Shown here in pieces: positions 21,942-31,980 of a stretch of DNA of 64,000 nucleotides. The notes beneath the pieces were generated by a model. It searched no databases. It saw only the letters and a list, made by a program, of their open reading frames with translations, and was not told the origin of the DNA. The DNA comes from a virus. The stretch is from IMG/VR virus record IMGVR_UViG_3300017977_000066, positions 64,001-128,000 of that record; one strand, written 5' to 3'. Made by a program: the position numbers and the translations under genes. Numbering within the stretch: position 1 is the stretch's first letter; each line of letters opens with the position of its first letter.

Positions 21942-22431
21942 TATTTTTTCCTTTTATCTTTCTTTGTCTTTTCATGTAGTCAGTATCTTCCATGAACTGT
22001 ACCCTATCAGACATATCCATGATAACACTCTCTAATGTAGTAACCCTGTTCATTAAGCTAAGTATGGTAGATAATATAGGCGACTCATCACTATCCAATT
22101 TATAAACACTGAATGTATTATTACCTATATATGTAGCTATGTAAACATTATTTATATCTAAGAAGTAGTTAGCAAACACACACTCAAATACCTTATTACG
22201 AATATTTAAATAATACTTGTTATCACTGCTCTCTATATACTTGTCTACAGTGAACATAAACGTACCATTTATCTTAATGACATCATCTATGTTTTTATAT
22301 ATAATGGTACCAGCTTTAGCCATGATATTACTACCAGTAGTATTTACAAGGTCACTTATTACATTACCTTCATTTATACCTCTCTTAGTAACAGAACTCA
22401 TGCCTGCTAAGTTATAACTTATCTTACTCAT
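21925..22431 (-). CDS. hypothetical protein with C-terminal coiled coil
   Basis: 168 aa, within the structural operon. Confidence 0.6.
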   Translation of the reverse strand: MSKISYNLAGMSSVTKRGINEGNVISDLVNTTGSNIMAKAGTIIYKNIDDVIKINGTFMFTVDKYIESSDNKYYLNIRNKVFECVFANYFLDINNVYIATYIGNNTFSVYKLDSDESPILSTILSLMNRVTTLESVIMDMSDRVQFMEDTDYMKRQRKIKGKNNGRYF

Positions 22432-22440
22432 AGCATAGCC

Positions 22441-23241
22441 TTATACATTAGGATTAATCATAGCTTTTATAAATCTACTATAATTAACATTATCGTTCAT
22501 AAAACTTATTTTAGCCCATTTCTCTTTTAGATAGGTTTTATAATCGTTATACGCATCTGCATAATCAGATACTATGTCTCCTACCTTACTAATATCATGC
22601 CCATAATATAAAGCTCCTTTATCTAGCTCTATAACTAGCTCATTATAGATATAGGATTTAGTAGCTAATGTAACTAGTTCACTGAAACTAGGATATGATG
22701 GAGGTTGTATGTTACTAAGATTCTTATTATTCTCTACTATAACATTAAGATACCCATTAGTGAGTATTAATGCATTATCATGTAGTAGTATAGTATTGGG
22801 ACCTATAATCTCTAAGTTAGTATATACCTGAGACTCTGTATTCTTACCATCATTCTGATACTTGTTAAGAGCAAGCTTATTAAGCTCACCAGATGTACTA
22901 TTATACCTAGATTCTATACCAGTGTTACATACCACACTTAGAGCATTTATAATACGTTTATTATTAGTGATAGTATATGGAACATTGATAACTATATTAA
23001 TATTAGTATAGTTTAATTCATAGTGGGTGATACTACAGTTATTAAGAGGTACTGATAGTGACATACCTCCTATTAAATTAATATCGGTAAGTACTATAGG
23101 CTCTAAGACCTTGTTCTCTATTTGTTGGCTGATATTAGTGTTTACTTTAAACACATCAGCTTTCCTCATGAACGCTAAATTTAAAACATACATAGGGATC
23201 TCTAAGAGAACCCTATCTATGGCATATTTTATGGCAGACAT
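22441..23241 (-). CDS. conserved phiKZ-like virion structural protein
   Basis: 266 aa; MSAIKYAIDRVLLEIP..LNLAF, LATKSYIYN..LDKGALYYG, YADAYNDY..YLKEKW. Confidence 0.65.
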   Translation of the reverse strand: MSAIKYAIDRVLLEIPMYVLNLAFMRKADVFKVNTNISQQIENKVLEPIVLTDINLIGGMSLSVPLNNCSITHYELNYTNINIVINVPYTITNNKRIINALSVVCNTGIESRYNSTSGELNKLALNKYQNDGKNTESQVYTNLEIIGPNTILLHDNALILTNGYLNVIVENNKNLSNIQPPSYPSFSELVTLATKSYIYNELVIELDKGALYYGHDISKVGDIVSDYADAYNDYKTYLKEKWAKISFMNDNVNYSRFIKAMINPNV

Positions 23242-23250
23242 ATCGTATCC

Positions 23251-23493
23251 TTAAGCAAGTGGTACCAAGACTTTTCTTTTTACGATAGCCTCTAGTATAC
23301 CTTCTCGTTCTATAACATCTCTGCTAAAACTCATATTCATAACATTAGTATTTAGACGCTCTGGTATAAATATACCTGATAAAAGAAATATCTCTTTTAA
23401 ACTGTTATTAAATCCAATAGAATCACCTAGTTTTCCTAGATTACCAGAAGAACTTAAACCGCCCATAAACACCTTTACTGGAGAATCACTCAT
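23251..23493 (-). CDS. small hypothetical protein
   Basis: 80 aa, ATGA-coupled to the upstream gene. Confidence 0.55.
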   Translation of the reverse strand: MSDSPVKVFMGGLSSSGNLGKLGDSIGFNNSLKEIFLLSGIFIPERLNTNVMNMSFSRDVIEREGILEAIVKRKVLVPLA

Positions 23494-24533
23494 ATATCAT
23501 CCTTTAACTTTTTGGTTTTTTCATTAAGTATATATCTAACATTAAGATTAGGTACATCAAAATATCGTTTTCTTTTAGCTAACCCTAACCATATCTTAAG
23601 TTCGTTAATGAGATCATGGTTCATCCTAGCATCTCCTATCCCTAATAGAAAGCTAAAATAACTAACTCTAGATAATAGTAATAACCATGAGCCTTTAACA
23701 CCTGTATAAACATTAGGTATCTTATAAGTATCTAACATGTTACCATTAAGTAGATCTGGTAATATACTTAGTAGTTCTTGATAGTCTATCTTCTTATTCT
23801 TGTTGATTTCATCTATGTACCAAGATTGTATACTAGTCACTAACTTACTTATATCCTTAACAAAGAAAGGATTAAAGTTAACGAAGCTAGATAACTCCTT
23901 ACCCTCATAGATAGCATTATACCTATTAAACATACTATGCCTAAATATGTCTGGTATAAGGTTAGTGATAACCTCTTCATATATAAACTTAGCTGGATCT
24001 ATACTAAAGGTATCTGGATGCTCTTTCATATTCCTATTAGCCCATCTATGATAATCTCTTACTAGGTTAACTATATTTATAGCATAGGTATTAAAATCAT
24101 CAGCATCAAATTCTACATTGTATCTCTTAGGATGTGTTAAGAATAGCATGTCCATAGTACTATATATGCAAGTACAAGTAGTGTCTTTATCTTCTGTTAT
24201 AATAAAGAACTCATCCATATTATCAAATACTGTATCTCTAAAAGGCTTACTATTAAAATCTATACCAGTATTGAAGCCTAATGTATTAGCTAGCCTCATG
24301 TACTTCTCTTGTGCAGAGAACATGGCTGAGCTTTCAGTATCATGTATATTTATCTCTAACGACTCTAGTAATGTAACTAGTATATTAGGTCTTCTAACAT
24401 AGAAGCCACTCTGCTTATAATAGTTATCTAGAACACTGATAAGATTCTCTATGAGACTTGTAGCATAGTTTAACTTATAATGTTTTATCTTACCTACCCT
24501 AACTTCATAATCTTGTGTTAACATTCCTATCAT
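23490..24533 (-). CDS. virion structural protein (phiKZ gp130-like)
   Basis: 347 aa, NYYKQSGFYVRRPNILVTLL motif; CTTTGAA upstream. Confidence 0.55.
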   Translation of the reverse strand: MIGMLTQDYEVRVGKIKHYKLNYATSLIENLISVLDNYYKQSGFYVRRPNILVTLLESLEINIHDTESSAMFSAQEKYMRLANTLGFNTGIDFNSKPFRDTVFDNMDEFFIITEDKDTTCTCIYSTMDMLFLTHPKRYNVEFDADDFNTYAINIVNLVRDYHRWANRNMKEHPDTFSIDPAKFIYEEVITNLIPDIFRHSMFNRYNAIYEGKELSSFVNFNPFFVKDISKLVTSIQSWYIDEINKNKKIDYQELLSILPDLLNGNMLDTYKIPNVYTGVKGSWLLLLSRVSYFSFLLGIGDARMNHDLINELKIWLGLAKRKRYFDVPNLNVRYILNEKTKKLKDDI

Positions 24534-24713
24534 AGTTACTTCCTTATGTTATTTTTCAAAGAAATATTGGTATGTCTAAAAGATAGATAAAAATAAATAT
24601 TTTTATTTGTACATTATATATACTGAATAAAAACAAAAAAGAAGTTTTGCTTAGGCGAAGCTTTTAGTAATGTAGGGAAAACCTTATTTTACTAGATGGT
24701 GGTAATTTGTGTG

Positions 24714-24760
24714 TTTCATATATTTTTTACACCTATATTACTTACATGAGCCTAGAGCTT
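24714..24760 (+). promoter_or_regulatory. early promoter of chimallin, TATATTAC at 24734-24741
   Basis: conserved early motif. Confidence 0.75.
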
Positions 24761-24791
24761 AAATTAATTTAAACCCTATAAGGAGTCTGGA

Positions 24792-26600
24792 ATGAGACGA
24801 GGAATAACAATAGACGACAATGTTAATAACACGGGTCTTGATGACCTGCTAAACAATGAAGAAGTAGGTAACACAAGTACCGGTACTGCTGATGATGGCC
24901 AACTGCAAGTAGTAGGTCTATCTGGTATGGATTCGTTAATGCTTGAAGATAGTGACCAAGAGTCACTTGGTAAATATGCAGTAAAATCTGCAGAGATACT
25001 AAAAGAGGGATACTTAGATATCCGTGTTATGAAGATGGATAAAGAGAAGTTCGGTCTTGGATTTAGCTTCGTACTTTATAGTACTAAAGACAATGCTGGT
25101 AAAGTATACTACTTCTTAGCTCTTTTAGAGAAAACAGGTAGACAACCATTAGAAGTAAAACAAATCGTAAATGAGTTAAATGTTAAGAACAACACATCTA
25201 TCTTAGTTACAAGTGATGCTTTTGATGATACTGTTTATGCTATTGCTGAGACTATGCTTAAGAAAGCATATAAAGATATTACATCTCTTAGAAACCTAGA
25301 GGGTGTTGTTATCCCTAGTAGTTCAGATGTAGAAGCTACTGCTGAAGTTATGAGTAGATATGTTCATAACCGTATGGTAGTTGAAAGTGAGATCACTTCT
25401 GGTAAATCAGCAGACCTTAACTTTAAAGCATTGAGGGCTATTGGTAGAAATAGCAATACTAACTTAGACATTGCTTTCAATACTGGTTTAACTATTAATA
25501 CTGCAGGTAGATCTATTAGATCGGATTTCAATATCGAATCTAATATCGCATCTAATAGTTATGTTAGAAGTATGCATGATATCTCTGGTAAGAAGCGTAT
25601 CGCTACCGTATCTGGATACCTAGAGTATTTAGTATCTGATAAAGTTAATGAGTATACGATGCAGTCCACTAAAGTTGCAACACCTATCCTTATCTTAAAC
25701 GAGTTCATGGGTAAAGCTAGTTCACTTAATTATGTATTAACTTCTATTGTTAACTCTACTATCTTTAGTAGCAGACCTATCCTTAGAAACTTAATCGTAG
25801 AGAAAGATGCTGGCCCATTAAATGTACTATTTAACTATGGTGGTGATGCTTCTAAGCCTGGTGACAAACTAAGCTTCAAAGATGAAAAAGCTAAGCCTGA
25901 GATAGTTAATGATATCATCAGACAACATGTTACATCTACACCTATCGTTGCTATCGAGGTAGAGTTATTCGGTTCTGACTATTCACACATGGCTCCATTC
26001 GTAGCATTAGCAAGTGATGAAACTCGTATGGCTGCTACTGAAGACATCTTAAAAGGTGCTAGTGAGTTGGTTGGTTCTAAAATGGAAACATCAAGTGTTC
26101 TGGGTGATGAGTCTTCACTAGTTCCTATCGGAGAGTATCTAGATGCTGATGGTAATGTTAGAGATCTTCGTGAAATCGACTTAGCGTTCATCTGTACTTA
26201 TAGTAACGATCAAGCACTTATCTTTGATTGGATCTACTCTACTTTAACTCCTGCTATGTGTAGAAGTATAACTAGTAAAGATCCGTATCTACTTAAACTA
26301 GAAGTGATTAACAAACTTGCAAGTATGTTAAACTTCAAACCTGTTATCACTGGTAAAGCTGTTCGTATCCCGCTAAGTGGGATGTTCGTAGAAGAGTTAA
26401 CTCGTAAAGCTATGCAAGCAGGATATAACCCAGCTCCAACGAATGATGCTATCGGTTACAATGATTTCAATAATCTACAAATCGTAAGCCAAGCATACAA
26501 TGGTTCTACATTAGCTAATACTGGATTTGGTATGGGTAACTCATATTCAAATGGTAGAAGCCAAATGCCTGGTGTATATACTGGTTATCAACGCCGCTAA
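24792..26600 (+). CDS. chmA: chimallin, phage nuclear shell protein (phiKZ gp54 / 201phi2-1 gp105-like)
   Basis: 602 aa; ALLEKTG, GRSIRSDFNI, VPIGEYLDADGNVRDLREIDL, ITGKAVRI..F..L...AG, G/N/Y-rich C-terminal tail; early promoter; near gp52-like and DNA polymerase genes. Confidence 0.8.
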   Translation: MRRGITIDDNVNNTGLDDLLNNEEVGNTSTGTADDGQLQVVGLSGMDSLMLEDSDQESLGKYAVKSAEILKEGYLDIRVMKMDKEKFGLGFSFVLYSTKDNAGKVYYFLALLEKTGRQPLEVKQIVNELNVKNNTSILVTSDAFDDTVYAIAETMLKKAYKDITSLRNLEGVVIPSSSDVEATAEVMSRYVHNRMVVESEITSGKSADLNFKALRAIGRNSNTNLDIAFNTGLTINTAGRSIRSDFNIESNIASNSYVRSMHDISGKKRIATVSGYLEYLVSDKVNEYTMQSTKVATPILILNEFMGKASSLNYVLTSIVNSTIFSSRPILRNLIVEKDAGPLNVLFNYGGDASKPGDKLSFKDEKAKPEIVNDIIRQHVTSTPIVAIEVELFGSDYSHMAPFVALASDETRMAATEDILKGASELVGSKMETSSVLGDESSLVPIGEYLDADGNVRDLREIDLAFICTYSNDQALIFDWIYSTLTPAMCRSITSKDPYLLKLEVINKLASMLNFKPVITGKAVRIPLSGMFVEELTRKAMQAGYNPAPTNDAIGYNDFNNLQIVSQAYNGSTLANTGFGMGNSYSNGRSQMPGVYTGYQRR

Positions 26601-26608
26601 CAAATACT

Positions 26609-26650
26609 TAAGAGGGATGGTCATAACGACCGCTCTCTTATTTTTTTATT
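26609..26650 (+). terminator. intrinsic terminator after chmA
   Basis: taagagggatggtc / gaccgctctctta imperfect stem plus T7 tract. Confidence 0.65.
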
Positions 26651-26700
26651 GTTTTACTACTGTTAAGGATATTTTGAAAAATACATATAAAGGAATGGTT

Positions 26701-27651
26701 ATGTTAGATGATGTTTATACTGGTACATTAGGTACCTTTTTTAATAGAGAAGAACTTGTATTTAAGCTTAATGAGCTTATGACTAAAGTAGGAGGTAGCT
26801 TATCTTACGAAGTAGTAGAGCAGAGGACTAAAGTAGTTATATTAACTGGTGTTAATGATACGGAGCAAGATGTACCTAGTTTCCAACACCCCTTAATATT
26901 TAAAACTATCAGAGGTGAAGATGCGGTAGCTATAGATATGAGACCATTTATGAAGTCTAAACTAGTAGACATGATAACTGTTAGAGAGAAGCTACAAGAT
27001 AAGTATAATGGTATGCTCATGCTCTATAGGCTTATATTAACTAAGTTATTATTAGATGGTGAAACATTCTTGTTAGGGTCTCTACATAACCCTACCATGG
27101 AAGCTTTTAGTTCTATAGTTAAAACTACAACTTCTATGTTACTATATGACGAAAGTATTAAAGAGCCTGTAGAGTTAGTATCTGATCTACATTTTATATC
27201 TATGGATATGACTGAAGATGTTAAGGATAAAACTAAGATCATAGAGTTATTACCTAGAGATAAAGTAGCTAAGATACTAAAAGGTGATTATAGCTATATC
27301 TATAATAAAATACTAGATGATACTATAACACTACCTAGTACTACTATAGGTAGTTTAACCACTAATATACGAGAAGCTATAAATAATAAGAGAGCTAAGG
27401 GTTTAACAGCTGATATTCTTATGCAATCTTTATCTAGAGGGTTCTATAGTCTAGATAGTAGAGATCTTGCTATAGCTATGGTAGAAGATAAACCTACTTT
27501 AACTGCATTACTATATATGACTATAACTGAAAGCATTAATTCTAAAGGTGCATTTAATAAAGTTATACATGGTAATAGTAGATTTATTAAACCAAAAGAG
27601 TTCGCTAAATCTTTTTTAAATATTGTAAATTCACAATTAGTAGATGGGTAG
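26701..27651 (+). CDS. conserved protein (phiKZ gp52-like)
   Basis: VPSFQHPL..VAIDMRPF, AIAMVEDKPT; start placed behind the AAAGGA RBS; TTTTGAA upstream. Confidence 0.65.
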   Translation: MLDDVYTGTLGTFFNREELVFKLNELMTKVGGSLSYEVVEQRTKVVILTGVNDTEQDVPSFQHPLIFKTIRGEDAVAIDMRPFMKSKLVDMITVREKLQDKYNGMLMLYRLILTKLLLDGETFLLGSLHNPTMEAFSSIVKTTTSMLLYDESIKEPVELVSDLHFISMDMTEDVKDKTKIIELLPRDKVAKILKGDYSYIYNKILDDTITLPSTTIGSLTTNIREAINNKRAKGLTADILMQSLSRGFYSLDSRDLAIAMVEDKPTLTALLYMTITESINSKGAFNKVIHGNSRFIKPKEFAKSFLNIVNSQLVDG

Positions 27652-27670
27652 CTTATGCTACTTGTCTATA

Positions 27671-27717
27671 GTTCCATTTCTTTTCAGTTACATATTACTT
27701 ACATGAGCCTAGAGTTC
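27671..27717 (+). promoter_or_regulatory. early promoter, CATATTAC at 27691-27698
   Basis: near-identical to the 19351 and 24734 copies; preceded by hairpin 27640-27669. Confidence 0.7.
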
Positions 27718-27744
27718 TAATAAAAACAAAACAAGGAGTTGCAA

Positions 27745-28119
27745 ATGTTAGATTTTACATCACTGGTTGAAGAAGCTCTTTTTTCAAGAGCCTCTGATGT
27801 CAAGCAAGAGTTTTTTATTGATGTTGGTTATTCTAATCTTATAAAGGTTTCTTTTGCGACTGAAGGATATATCTTAACTTTAGTTAGAGATGATGAAAAC
27901 TTATCAACACTGATTAGATGTGTTCATAATGAGATAGAGTTAAACTATCTCTTAAAAGAGTTATTTGGAGTAGAGTTAGCAGATGATATCGCTCGTACAC
28001 TTGGTCTTATAAGCCAAGGTTTAAACGGGATGTATTTAGCTACCAGAGTGGTTAGCCGAAGGGCATTAAATTCAACTCTTAAAGAAAACTATATAAAGGC
28101 TTGGGAAAGAGTAGCTTAG
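27745..28119 (+). CDS. hypothetical early protein
   Basis: AAGGAG RBS, early promoter, small terminator downstream. Confidence 0.65.
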   Translation: MLDFTSLVEEALFSRASDVKQEFFIDVGYSNLIKVSFATEGYILTLVRDDENLSTLIRCVHNEIELNYLLKELFGVELADDIARTLGLISQGLNGMYLATRVVSRRALNSTLKENYIKAWERVA

Positions 28120-28184
28120 GCTATTATTTTTTTTATTTACTTTCCTATCTATCGTTCTTACCATGAGAATATTAGGAGGATGAT

Positions 28185-30365
28185 ATGGAATTAAAGGAAG
28201 ATGCCACAGAGTATTTTAAGTTTAAACCAGAGGAGTATAAGAGAGATGTTAGCCCTTTAAAACACTATATGGATATCTCTAGTTTTGTATTAGAGAAGAT
28301 GAACCATACTAGAGAACCTAAGGCTAGTATAAAAGAGTATATAAAAGAAAAACAGAGATTTAGTAACCCACTAGTATATTTCAAGCAGAGAGATATGGAT
28401 GGCAAGATAAGTAAACAAGCAGTTGGACTTAAGGATTATCTAGATGATGTTGTAAGAGATAAGAATATCATAGTGCCATCATTCACTGTCTACTTCCCAC
28501 CATCTAAGAAACCCTCACTTCACTCTGAGTTCATGGATGTGAATACTAAAGAGAGATCTGTACATAAGAAGCTAGCCTTTAAGTATAAGATGGGTAAGAT
28601 GTGGGATAAGTTTAATTACCACAATACCATACAGAAGACTAAGAAGATATTTAATAATAGTTTATCAGGAGCTTATGCTTCAGCAGGTACTATATTAAAT
28701 AACCCTAGTAGTCACTATACTCTAACTAGTATAACAAGAGCTATCTCTGGTATAGGTAACGCAGTATCGGAATCTCTTATCATAGGCAATAGACACTATA
28801 GGAACCCTGATGTCATGATAGCCCACCTAGCTACTATAGCTCAGAATGCAGATCTTACTAAGATAGAGTATGTTGTTAATAAATATCATTTAGCAACACC
28901 AGATGCTCCTGAGGTTATGAACTACTTATTAAGAAGTAGTGCTAAGTACTGGAAAGATACTGAAAAAGAACTTGTTATTTTTAATTTCTTAAAATCACTT
29001 AGTAAATATGAAAGAGCTGCTGTACTATACCATATAGATCTTAATGCGATTAGAGAGTTCAATGATACTTTCATGAGGAGAGTTATAGGTAAGTTCCTTA
29101 ACTATGAAGATAAGCATCATGACGAAGCTACTTCTAATAAGATCATAGATGCTGCTTCAGAGATGACTCGTAGTATATCTATCTATAGTTTATCAGATAG
29201 CCTTAAAGGTAAGGTTAAGGGTAAAGGTGATTATACTAAAGAAGATCTATCTAGTCTAGCTTCTCTTATAGAGCATACTGAACAACTTCTAAAATACCTA
29301 GGAGAGATCGTAAATGCATTCTTCATAACAGATGTAGTACCTGCTAATATATCTAGGATAAAAGATATGGTTAGAGAGGTTATCGTATTATCAGATACAG
29401 ATAGTACATGCGCTAGTTATGAAGACTGGCCTACTTGGTATTTTGGTAAGAGAACATTAGACTCTAAAGCTATCTCTATAAGTAGTCTTATACTATTCAT
29501 TAACTCTGAAGTTATGGATCACTTCATCAAACTCTTCGCTGTTAACCTTAATATCAGTTACGAGAAAGCCCAGATACTAGAGATGAAGTCAGAGTTCATG
29601 TTCAAACTTTTTGTTGCTACTAATGTAAGTAAACACTACTATGCAACTACTGATATACAAGAAGGTAATATCTTTGATCCTGAATCCCTACATGATATCT
29701 TAGAGAAGAAAGGTGTTAATCTTATCGTACCTAATGCATATGGTCCTATAAGGAAACTCATAGATGATGTTATGGTAGGTATCATGCATGATGTAGGTAC
29801 CTTAGGTACCATAGAGCTTACTAAGTATCTTAAGATAGTATTAGGGGCTGAACAACTTATCATCAGTAAGATTAAAGATGCCTCTCCAGATATATTTAAG
29901 ACAGAGAAGATCAAAGATGGGAGTGTTTATAAGAACGAACCAGCTAAGTCTCCTTTCTTACATTATCTATTTTGGAATGATATCTTCGGTAGTAAATATG
30001 GTAAAGCTCCTGACCCTACTTATATGGCTATTAAGGTACCACTTAAGATCAACACTAAGAAAGATATGTCTGACTTCATAGAGAACTTAACCGACCCTGT
30101 ATTAAGGGATAAGATAAAAGAGTTCTTAAAAAAATACAATAAAGACTATATAGGTGTTCTAAGGCTACCTCTTATAAAGGTATACGAGCATGGTATACCA
30201 CCTATCTTCAAAGACTGGATAGATATAAAACGAGTTGTTAAAGATAACTGTAATGCACTTTATATAGTACTAGAGACCATAGGGTATTTTATTAAGCCTG
30301 ATGAGATACTGAGTGACCGTGAGTTAAAATTAATAGAGCATAAGGAAATAATAGATGAAAGATAA
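28185..30365 (+). CDS. family B DNA polymerase, polymerase part (phiKZ gp50-like)
   Basis: 726 aa; motif B-like KKIFNNSLSGAY, motif C SDTDST, KHYYA, EKKGVNL. Confidence 0.85.
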   Translation: MELKEDATEYFKFKPEEYKRDVSPLKHYMDISSFVLEKMNHTREPKASIKEYIKEKQRFSNPLVYFKQRDMDGKISKQAVGLKDYLDDVVRDKNIIVPSFTVYFPPSKKPSLHSEFMDVNTKERSVHKKLAFKYKMGKMWDKFNYHNTIQKTKKIFNNSLSGAYASAGTILNNPSSHYTLTSITRAISGIGNAVSESLIIGNRHYRNPDVMIAHLATIAQNADLTKIEYVVNKYHLATPDAPEVMNYLLRSSAKYWKDTEKELVIFNFLKSLSKYERAAVLYHIDLNAIREFNDTFMRRVIGKFLNYEDKHHDEATSNKIIDAASEMTRSISIYSLSDSLKGKVKGKGDYTKEDLSSLASLIEHTEQLLKYLGEIVNAFFITDVVPANISRIKDMVREVIVLSDTDSTCASYEDWPTWYFGKRTLDSKAISISSLILFINSEVMDHFIKLFAVNLNISYEKAQILEMKSEFMFKLFVATNVSKHYYATTDIQEGNIFDPESLHDILEKKGVNLIVPNAYGPIRKLIDDVMVGIMHDVGTLGTIELTKYLKIVLGAEQLIISKIKDASPDIFKTEKIKDGSVYKNEPAKSPFLHYLFWNDIFGSKYGKAPDPTYMAIKVPLKINTKKDMSDFIENLTDPVLRDKIKEFLKKYNKDYIGVLRLPLIKVYEHGIPPIFKDWIDIKRVVKDNCNALYIVLETIGYFIKPDEILSDRELKLIEHKEIIDER

Positions 30366-30903
30366 ACGAGTTATAGCATTAGCAGCATATGCTAGATGTG
30401 GTAAGAACTATGTAGCTTCTAAGTTAAAAGAAGTTTACGAACAACAAGGGTTAGTAGTAGAAGAAATAGCATTTGCGGATTCTTTAAAAACTATAACAGC
30501 TGGTATAGTTGATGAGGATGTTACCATATTGGACACTATGAAAAATAATGATGAAAAGATTTGCATACATTATGAACAAGTGCTAGTTAGAGACATGCTT
30601 ACAAGAGTAGCAGCTGGTATTAAGAAGGTAGATGAAAGTTTCTTTGCTAGAGAGACTTTAACCAGGGTTAACAATTCTACTGCAGATATTATTATCATAA
30701 CTGACCTTAGATTCCTAATAGAAGAGGACATGCTTAAGACTAGTTATCCAGCATCTAAGATCATAAAGATAACTAGAGATAGTAAAGCTTGTAAAAAGAG
30801 ATCTGGTGATGTAGAGGTAGATCTTTTAAAACACGATATGGTTTACATTAACGATAGTACTGTTAATATTGGTGAGCTTATAGCCAGTATAGAAAATAAT
30901 TAG
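30355..30903 (+). CDS. deoxynucleoside monophosphate kinase
   Basis: P-loop AYARCGKN, FADSLK, ITDLRF.E. Confidence 0.8.
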   Translation: MKDKRVIALAAYARCGKNYVASKLKEVYEQQGLVVEEIAFADSLKTITAGIVDEDVTILDTMKNNDEKICIHYEQVLVRDMLTRVAAGIKKVDESFFARETLTRVNNSTADIIIITDLRFLIEEDMLKTSYPASKIIKITRDSKACKKRSGDVEVDLLKHDMVYINDSTVNIGELIASIENN

Positions 30904-30904
30904 A

Positions 30905-30950
30905 TTCACATATTTTATAATTTTATATCACTAATACGAGACTAAGGTTA
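30905..30950 (+). promoter_or_regulatory. early promoter variant, TATATCAC at 30924-30931
   Basis: same flanks and GA at +7. Confidence 0.6.
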
Positions 30951-30985
30951 AATACTTAGCTCTAATATAAACAAAGGGATTACCT

Positions 30986-31468
30986 ATGAGACAATTTGAT
31001 GCTAAATTAGAAATAAACGGAAGTAGTTTTAAAGTGAGAACTTTAGATACAGTTTTACTAGCAAAGGCTACATGTGGAAACAAAGAAGAGCTGGAGGAGA
31101 AGATAAGTGAAGAGACTATCGAACATTGTACTGATGAACAGATAGTTATTAGGATAGCTTTTAACATAATACCATATATCCAGCTAGATGTATCTGAAGA
31201 AACTACTCTTAGAGTATTTAACCTCATGATCGATGTCATTAATATCCTTATGAAAGGCGATGGTGCTACTTTAGCTGAGACTAAAGAGTGTAATAATGTA
31301 CTAGACCTTATAGAATGCTTCGTATTGAGATTACAACACATAGAAGATTCTGATATCTATGATGATAAAGCTGAAGAAAGATACCTACCTAACTACTTAG
31401 AAGCAGCTAGAGCTTTTGATGAGAAGAGAGATCTTGAAAGCTACTATGAGGTAACTAAACATTTCTAA
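30986..31468 (+). CDS. hypothetical early protein
   Basis: 160 aa. Confidence 0.65.
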   Translation: MRQFDAKLEINGSSFKVRTLDTVLLAKATCGNKEELEEKISEETIEHCTDEQIVIRIAFNIIPYIQLDVSEETTLRVFNLMIDVINILMKGDGATLAETKECNNVLDLIECFVLRLQHIEDSDIYDDKAEERYLPNYLEAARAFDEKRDLESYYEVTKHF

Positions 31469-31470
31469 CA

Positions 31471-31498
31471 TACATAGTAACCCATGGGTTACTATGTA
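31471..31498. terminator. perfect 28-bp palindrome between convergent genes
   Basis: tacatagtaaccca|tgggttactatgta. Confidence 0.7.
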
Positions 31499-31506
31499 CA
31501 TCTTTT

Positions 31507-31884
31507 TTAGTATTCTATATGGTAACCATCTTCACTATCATCATATATTATCTTACATATCTTATTACCAGTGTTGTCTATAAGATAGTTCTCTTTGATA
31601 ACAGTATCGTTAAGCTTAGCTATATACCAATCACTATCGTAAACTTTACCCATGTTCTCACTATGTATCTTACACCTAACATATAGCTTAGTATTCTCAT
31701 CATACATACCAGGACCATCTATCCTATATAGGGAACTGAACCATACTTCTACATTATCTCTATATTCAGATACTTCATCTACCATGATAGTAAACTCTTC
31801 ATCTAGTGCTACTTGCCAACTAACAGCTACTACACCACTAACATCATTAGCCTTCACATAATCCTTCACATAGAACTTAGCCAT
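31507..31884 (-). CDS. small Ig/FN3-like virion-associated protein
   Basis: 125 aa; VSWQVALDEEF..KLYVRCK..SDW; TTGAA upstream. Confidence 0.5.
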   Translation of the reverse strand: MAKFYVKDYVKANDVSGVVAVSWQVALDEEFTIMVDEVSEYRDNVEVWFSSLYRIDGPGMYDENTKLYVRCKIHSENMGKVYDSDWYIAKLNDTVIKENYLIDNTGNKICKIIYDDSEDGYHIEY

Positions 31885-31928
31885 ATGATACTCCTTATTT
31901 TAAGTTCAAGTTAAAACTACTCATATAT

Positions 31929-31980
31929 GTTTCCATTTCTTTTTTCAGTTATATATTACTTATGTGAACTTAGAAATTTA
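31929..31980 (+). promoter_or_regulatory. early promoter, TATATTAC at 31952-31959, driving a very short transcript
   Basis: conserved motif; AAGGAG RBS and 10-codon ORF 31993-32025; terminator about 32121-32140. Confidence 0.65.

Noticed and set aside
26527-26700. Long N-terminal extensions in the ORF track (26527, and likewise 54932 and 11183)
   Set aside because: They run across terminators or promoters; downstream ATGs have proper RBSs
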